Below are positions 56,657 through 64,000 of a DNA stretch of 64,000 bases, piece after piece (within the stretch, counting starts at the first letter, position 1; each line of letters begins with the position of its first letter). This DNA comes from Plasmodiophora brassicae. Taxonomy: Eukaryota. The stretch spans positions 744,001 to 808,000 of the forward strand of contig CP145423.1 in assembly GCA_036867785.1 (NCBI GenBank), given 5' to 3'. The translations under genes and the position numbers were made by a program. The notes below the pieces were generated by a model that was given only the letters and a program-made list of their open reading frames with translations, was not told the origin of the DNA and ran no database searches.

Positions 56657-58520
56657 ATGGACTTCCTACAGGTGCTGAATCGCGCCGCTCGGTTCCAGCG
56701 GAAGCCCCCAGCGGCAGCTCCGAAGACAGTAAGACTAGTAACGCGTCAAGCTGGCGCGAGTCATTGATTGAAATCGTATTCGTAAAGCAGGCCGGTCCCT
56801 CCGTCCAGGCATCGCGTAGCAAGCGGCCTCGGCGGCAACGAGTTCAAGACAGTAAAGATGAGCCTACTGTGTCCATCTTCCCAACGAAGTCGGGAACCTC
56901 AGACCCAGTGCCGGCCGGGGAACCTCGGTCCACCAATGACGTCGATGACTACGTCCACAGCGTTCGTAGTAGGCAACGCATTCGTGTCAAGGTTGGTCGA
57001 ACGACGACGCCACGTTTGAGAAGGACGCGGTTCATCATTGTTCTGCGTATGTAGGGATCCGCCGTTCCTGCGCCGGTGACCTCGTTCGCTGACCTGAACC
57101 TGCCCGACTACCTGCACCAGAACATTGCCGAGCAATGGGCAACGCCTACTGCCATACAGATGCAAGGTGTGTTGCCCTCGCGTCCTTGTTGACTCTGCGC
57201 CACTGACGACATGGGATTAGCGATCCCCGTTCTAATGGCCGGGCGCGAATTGCTAGCTGTCTCGCCGACTGGGAGCGGTTCGTTCCCCATCGTAATCGAT
57301 ACGTCACAGTCCTACCAATCTGATTTCGAATGCGTTTCAAAGGCAAAACCGGTGCGTTCATGATCCCCATTCTGGCACAGTTGGACACGCCGCATCCCGA
57401 CGGGTTGTTTCGGGCGGTCGTCGTCTCGCCCACGATCGAGCTCGCCCAGCAGACGTACCGTCGGTTCCTTCGCGTCTCTGCCGGGCGATCATTCGGCATC
57501 TTTGCGTTGACGCGGGCGAACGCCGATGCGGTTGCCAAGCCCGACGGCAAACGCGATATTGTCGTAGCGACGCCGGCGCGCCTGGCATCCCTGATCAAGG
57601 CCAACGCTATCGACCTGTCCCGCGTTGAGTACCTCGTGTTCGACGAAGGCGACCAGCTGTGGGACGCCAACGGGTTCGTGACAGACGTCGACGAGATCGT
57701 TGCCGCGTGCACGAACCCGAACGTCACGCGTGCGCTGTTCAGCGCCACGATGCCGGAAACAACCGAGAACCTTGCCAGGTACGAGGGGGAGCGGGTCTGT
57801 CGACCGCACGGTTGTGAACGCGCGTGCCAACAGAACCGTGCTTCGTGACCCGGTCAAGGTGGTCGTCGGCGCAAGCGAGAACAGCGCCTGTGACAACATC
57901 GAGCAGCGGCTGGTGTTCGCGGGTACCGAACCTGGCAAGCTGATCGCCCTGCGGGACCTGCTGGTGAAGGGCATTCGCACGCCGTTGCTGATCTTCGTGC
58001 AGACCAAGTCGCGGGCGCGCCAGCTCGCCCATACGCTCAGGCAGCACCCGCACCCGATCAAGGTCGGGTACATCGAGGCCGACCAGACGCAGGCGCAGCG
58101 CGACCAGGTCGTCCGACAGTTCCGGGGCGGGGACCTCAACGCCCTGATCACGACCGAGGTCTTGGCACGCGGCATCGACTTCCTCGGCGTCAACTGTGTC
58201 ATCAACTACGGTAAGTACTCTACTGCTAGGGCGTTCGCGCGTGCATCGAGCGGTCCTGACGGTGCTGCACAGATTTCCCCCAGACGACCGTCAGTTACAT
58301 TCATCGCATCGGGCGAACGGGTCGTGCCGGGCGCCGGGGCGAAGCGATCACGTTCTTCACGCACGAGGACGTCGTGTTCCTCCGCAGCATCGCCGGCGTC
58401 ATGCAGCGGTCCGGGTGCGACGTGCCCGCCTGGATCCTGTCGATGCGGAAGCCGAACCGCAGCCGCGTCAAGGAGCTGAGGACGCGCCCGCCCAAACGCA
58501 AACGCATCGGCGCGAACTGA
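56657..58520 (+). CDS. DDX52: DEAD-box RNA helicase ROK1/DDX52-like, multi-exon
   Basis: [58 protein letters not shown] and [11 protein letters not shown]. Confidence 0.85.
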
Positions 58521-58538
58521 CACGCGAATACAACTGTA

Positions 58539-59413
58539 TCACAGCAGTCGCTGGGCGGCGGCGACCGCGACGAACAGGACGAGGACGACGATGGCGACGA
58601 CCGCCACAGGGTACTTGTACATGTACAGGTCGAGCAGGTGCCGCAGGTAGTGCACGATGACCTTGCCGGTCAGCTTGCTCTCGCCGTGCGTGCGCACCCC
58701 GAACCGGATGGGCACCTCGGCGTGCGCCCCGATGCCGCACTTCACGTAGAGCTCCAGGGCGATCTTGAACCCGATCGGGTTGACGCGGCCGGCGCCGCGC
58801 CGGAACACGGACGCCGGCAGGCCGAAGAAGCCGGACATCGGGTCGGTCAGCGCGCTGAGCGGACGGGCCAGCAGACGCGCCCCGGACGACACAACCTGAC
58901 GGTACAGCGGCCAGTCCTTGTCGACCTGATCGTGCAAGCGCGTTTCAGAACCGGTGGCGACGGATCGCGGCGGCGCCCTACTTGGAACGTCCCGCCGGCG
59001 TAGCGCGTCCCGATGACAAAGTCGGCGTTCTGCAGCACGCCGATCATGTCGGGCAGGGATTCGGGCGGGTGCTGCAGGTCGGCGTCCATGCAGATCAGCA
59101 GGCGGCCGTTGGCGTCGGCGAACCCGCGCAGGACAGCGGACGACAGGCCGCGTTCGTCGGTGCGGACGATGATGCGCACGTTCGGGTACGTGCGTTGCAG
59201 GTCGGCCACGGCCTCAGCGGACCCATCCCTCGAGTTGTCATCGACGATGATCAGCTCCGCGTTCGCGTCGCGCCCCAGCGCCGCGAACACGCGCTCGGTC
59301 AGCGGGCGCAGGTTGGCGCACTCCTTGTACGTCGGCACGATGATCGACACGTCGCATTCGGACGGTTGCGCGGGCGCCCCCCGAGACGACGAACGCGTCA
59401 GACGTTGCGACAT
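58539..59413 (-). CDS. DPM1: Dolichol-phosphate mannosyltransferase (GT2) with C-terminal TM helix
   Basis: SIIVPTYKE, IVDDNSRDGS, MDADLQHPPE, DPMSGFF and RTHGESKL, with a hydrophobic tail. One intron. Confidence 0.88.
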
Positions 59414-59721
59414 TGGCTGATGCGCGCGCGACGGACTTTCACGATCCGGAAGCCGCGTCGCCCGGTGGCGTCGTGAGCCGCCGCCGCCGCCGCCTCCAGC
59501 ATCATACGGCGCGTATCGCCCGTTCGGTCGAAGGCGGCGTCGGGTAGCGCCGGATACGTACGCACCCGCGGCTCATTGTTTGCAATGTAGTATGCTTCGC
59601 ACTGTGCAACCATCGGACGAAGTATTCAGGACGCAGGAAGGAATATGTTTACCTCCGTATTGGCGCTGCGGAGTCCGTGACGGAGTCCGTGGGCGCCATC
59701 GCACTGACACCGGGTACCGCC

Positions 59722-62151
59722 ATGGCAACGGACGGGTCCGATTACGAAGACCGCCTGCATCTATCCGGCGCATCGTCCGGATCCGACGACGATGCCGACT
59801 ACGAGTCGTCCCCCGTAGTGGTCGGCGGGCACGCTGGATCAAATGATCGCGCTCTGTGTCGCTAACGGGTCGTTTGCGCAGTCTGGCAGCGACAGCGATG
59901 GCGAAGTTGCGGGCGTCCCCTGGCGGACCGCTCCAGGCGAAAACGTTGCCGAACTGTCCGATTCCGAAGACGAGGATGGACCGCTGCGACGCGTCGGAAA
60001 CGTACCTGAGGAATGGTTCGCGCTGAATGTGTCGACCGGGCGCTGCATCGTTTTCACTTGCGCCTTGTAGGTACAAGGACATGGACCACATCGGGTACAA
60101 CATCGACGGTGCCCCGATTACACGTTCGGCAGCGAAGGACGCCATCGATTCGTTCCTGGCGTCGCAGACGAAGGAGGGCCGTCGAACGATCTACGACCCG
60201 GATAACGACCGGAACGTCGTCCTGTCCAAGGACGACATTGCCATGCTGCGTCGCGTACGCGATGGCGCTTTCGCCGATGCGGCGTTCGACGAGACCGCTG
60301 ACCACTTCAATGTCGACGTCCCGCGCGAGATCCACCCGTTAGGCAACCCAACGTATCCGAAGAAATCCAGGTTCGCGCCGTCTGCCCACGAGGCGCAGAT
60401 CGTGCAGAGGCTTGTCGTCGCGCTTCGCAACGGGTGGATCCGACCGCGAGCCGAGGAAGCGGCCAAGAAGGACGCGCCGCCGCCCGTCTACCTTTTGTGG
60501 GGCGGCGACCAGCCCGAACACGTCGACACCCGCCATCGGTATATGACTCGTTACTCTCCACCTGCGGTGGTGCTGCCGTTGCTTCTGCTCACTCTGCTGC
60601 TGCCAGGCCGCCGCCGTACGTGTCGGCCCCGAAACCGGCTCTGCCCGGCCACGCGTTGTCGTTCAACCCGCCTGCCGAGTACCTGCCCAACGAGGACGAG
60701 CTCGCCGCCTGGGAGATGATGGACGAGGAGGACCGCAATGGGAAGGTCCTGCCCCAGCAGTTCCCGTCGTACAGGTCAGGCACACGGGCGCCCTGTGAAC
60801 AACCATCGTTTCGCTAACGGTAATCGGTAGGGCCATCCCGAGCTACGACGACTTCATCAAGGAGCGGTTCGAGCGATGCCTAGACCTGTATCTGTGCCCG
60901 CGTCGTCGTCGTACGAAGCTGAACATCGACCCCGAATCGCTGATCCCGCAGCTGCCCAAACCGAGCACGCTGCGCCCGTTCCCGACGCAGCGCGCGCTGT
61001 CGTACCTGGGCCAGCACACGTCGGCCGTCACGTCGCTTTCCGTCTCCGCCTGCGGCCGGTTCCTCGCGTCCGGATCCCTGGACCAGACCGTCGTCGTCTG
61101 GGAGATCGACACTGCCCGTGTTGCCCAACGCATCCAGTGCACTGACGAGGTACGTCGTCGCTCGCCTGTGCCTGCTGTCGCATGGCGCTCAGGAATCGGC
61201 AGGTGCTACATGTGGCGTTCAACCCGGCCATGGCCACGAAATCGTTGCTGGCGGTCGCTGCCGGCGCCGAGGTTCGCATCCACTGCGCTCTCGACGCCGA
61301 CGCTGATGACGTGCGCGACCTGCTGTCCTCGGGTGCGTTGTCGCAGTGGACCGTTTGATGGGCGCGTCCGATCTGACATAGTCCTTCAGGCGGGTCAGGC
61401 GACAACCAGGTCGCGGTCTGGCAGGCGGACGGCTCGTGCTTGTCGATCCGTTCGTCGTCGAAGGTAAAGTCGGTGTCATGGCATCGCGCGGGCGACTACC
61501 TGGTGGCGCGTTCCGATGGCGACCCTACGCTGCTGATCCACCAGCTGTCGACCAAGTCGTCGCAGGCGCCGTTCAAGAAGGCGAAGGCGGACATCCAGGA
61601 CGTGTGCTTCCATCCGACGCGTCCGTACCTGGTTGTCGCTGAGAAGCGCCGCGCCCGCATCTACGACCTGCAGAAGCAGGCCCTGGTCAAGAAGTTGCAG
61701 TGCCCGGCCCGGTGGATCTCGACGGTCGACGTGCACCCGGGCGGCGACCACCTCCTGCTCGGCACGTTCGACAGGTATGGAGCGGGTCCGACGAGCGTAA
61801 CCGCGCAGCCTTCTAACCATGCATGGGCGCAGGCGTGTGTGCTGGTACGACCTAGACCTGTCGTCGCGGCCGTTCAAGACGCTCAAGTACCATGCGGGCG
61901 CCGTCAGGCGTGTCCGGTACCATCGGCGGTACCCGTTGTTTGCGTCGGCGGCCGATGACGGCAAGGTGCACGTGTTCCACGGGCGCGTCTACAACGACCT
62001 GATGCAGGACGCGCTGATCGTCCCCGTCAAGGTCCTGCACTGCCACGACGTCCAGGACGGCGTCGGCGTCATGTCCTGCGCCTGGCACCCGAATCAGCCT
62101 TGGCTGTTCACGGCGGGTGCTGACGCCGCCATACACATGTATGTCCCATAA
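59722..62151 (+). CDS. BOP1: Ribosome biogenesis protein BOP1/Erb1, multi-exon
   Basis: VGNVPEEW/YKDMDHIGYNIDG, LPGHALSFNPPAEYL, ERFERCLDLYLCPR, LRPFP, WD40 repeats and YNDLMQDALIVPVK. Confidence 0.96.
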
Positions 62152-62763
62152 ACCGTTTCCGCGTCACACGATCCCCAGCAACCATGCTTCGTCCGGCGGA
62201 ACCTCCGCGTCCCACAACGATGCGCTCAACCGGTGAACGACGTTGCTGGGTAGAGCAGTTGCTCGCCCGTGTTCACCGTGTTCCAAACCCTTGACGTCGT
62301 GGGCACTGGCGACCGTGAACCACAGGCCGAACCATCGGAAGCGGAGGCACTAAGGAGGTGCATGCATTGAGGAGGCCCCCGGGGGACAAGTCCCGTGGCC
62401 TGCAGCTGCGCGACGGGTCCGGTGCATTCCGGATACGCCCTTCTTCGAGCGTCCCTACCAATGACGATGGCGCATGGCACCCGGGTCCGTCGTCACACAC
62501 ACATATATCGTGGGCGCACGCCTGCCAAACCCCACGCTGAGCAGGTCACGCGCTCAGGAGACCCGTTCGGTCCTGAATGGCTCCGTCAGCGCGTATCAGC
62601 CGGCGTCAATCTGTGAGCCGTCGTCGATTCTTTTTTGGCCGTCTGCGCGCGCGTCCGACCGACCGACCGACCTCGTCACGGGCAACCGGACAATCGTCGT
62701 GTTCTGCGTCGGGAGAGCTGCGACTGCGGCGGACCGCTGCGGCCTGCGGGGCACTGTTCGCCG

Positions 62764-63821
62764 ATGCGGCCGGAACAGGCGTCGACGCCCGCGTCCGGAC
62801 GTACTGGCAGCCGGCGGTGGCTGCGACGGCAGACCAACCTGCCGTTGTTCAGCGCCGACCAGGTGCGCGAGTCGCCGTCGCGCACCATTGGCATGACCGA
62901 AGAGCAGGAGACGCGCATGCGACTGTACGTCGTCACGTTTCTGGCCGATGTACGACGCCACATCGAATCGTTGCCCCGGCCAGGTCTGCTGACCGGCGTT
63001 CAGGTTGCCAAGAATCTTGGCCTGCATCGGGAAGCGCTGGCAACCGCCACGACGCTGCTGCAACGGTTCTACATGGTGTTCCCGTTCAACAACGATTATG
63101 ACAAGGTCTGTACCCCCGCCAAGCGTCGGCGTGCACCCGACTCGCATATCAATTCGTGGCACAGTACCATGTCATATCGGCATGCATCTGTCTGGCCGGG
63201 AAGCTGGAGGAGGAGCGTCTCCATGTGCAGCGGGTCGCCGAGGCGGTCCTGTACCATCGCCACAGGGTCAAGGTCGACCGCCGGTCGCCGGAGTTTGCCT
63301 CGTTCCACCAGGCGGTGCTGTCGATGGAGGTCCTTCTGCTGCAGGCGATCCGCTTCAAGCTGTGCGCCTCGCATCCGTACGACTTCCTCGACGAGGTCGC
63401 GCGTGCCGTCCTCACCGACAGGGACGACCAGTTCCCGGTCGTCGTCGAGTACGCGGCGCGGTTCGTCCACGACTCGTTCAAGACGACGGCGTGCGTCGTG
63501 GACACGAGCGAGAACATCGCGATCGCCTGCGTGCACATGGCGCTGATCTGGACGAACATGGGCCTGGCCGACGACCAGCGCATCGAGTACGCTCGCGACT
63601 GGTTCCTCCAGTACAAACGCGACGCCGACGCCCGCGCCATCGAATCCATCTGCGAGCTCGTCCTGCACGCGCTGGAGCACCCCCTGCACGACAAGGCCGC
63701 GAAGCGCGACCCGTCGCGGCCGCAGGGCGCCGCCTCCCTGTCGCCCAACCGCTCCGACGCCGCGAAACCCCGCGCCACCTCGCCCTCACGAAGAAAACCA
63801 TCGCCCGCGCCTTCCCAGTAA
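62764..63821 (+). CDS. Transcriptional cyclin (cyclin T/K-like), multi-exon
   Basis: SPSRTIGM..E..R, ATATTLLQRFY, ACICLAGKLEE, and EVLLLQAIRFKL..HPY cyclin box. Confidence 0.85.
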
Positions 63822-64000
63822 ATTGCCAATGTTGTTGGGCGTGCCCTGTGCTGCTGGCCGTTGTGTGGGCTTGTAAGGTGTAACGCCTGGCGCAGTCGCG
63901 GGCGCGTCTTCCGCGGTGCTGCAGCTCGCCGTCCGTGGAGGACTGCGTCAGTGGTTGCGATGGTGCTGGACGGGGCGACGCGCGCTGCCGTGGCGACGTC

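Overview
A gene-dense, GC-rich eukaryotic (protist) window with many short spliceosomal introns of roughly 50-80 nt. The style and gene content fit a plasmodiophorid such as Plasmodiophora brassicae, but that is an inference. Positions 1-11 kb are a nest of transposons: a decayed chromodomain Ty3/Gypsy element, a TIR-bounded insert with a SHOCT-like ORF, an apparently intact two-gene DD34E Tc1/IS630-type element, a second Gypsy 3' end with an 83-bp LTR, and a MULE remnant. A 653-bp hAT derivative with 12-bp TIRs and an 8-bp TSD sits at 12.5 kb. About 30 mostly housekeeping genes follow (mitochondrial carrier, TAT, DENR, centrin, LipB, HCF101, ZMYND12, TLK, NSE2, eIF5B, Mis18, INTS2, CK1, SEN2, ROK1, DPM1, BOP1, a cyclin and others). 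The standout structure is a ~7.9-kb palindrome (42434-50329, 52-bp spacer). It carries four intronless, paralogous signal-peptide/GPI-anchor helical surface-protein genes in divergent pairs that share a duplicated ~200-bp upstream module. Arm identity looks perfect inward and breaks inside the outer gene pair. Other candidates of interest are a predicted mitochondrion-targeted protein with three AP2-like domains and a Mim1-like microprotein. Exon boundaries were assigned by eye and are approximate.
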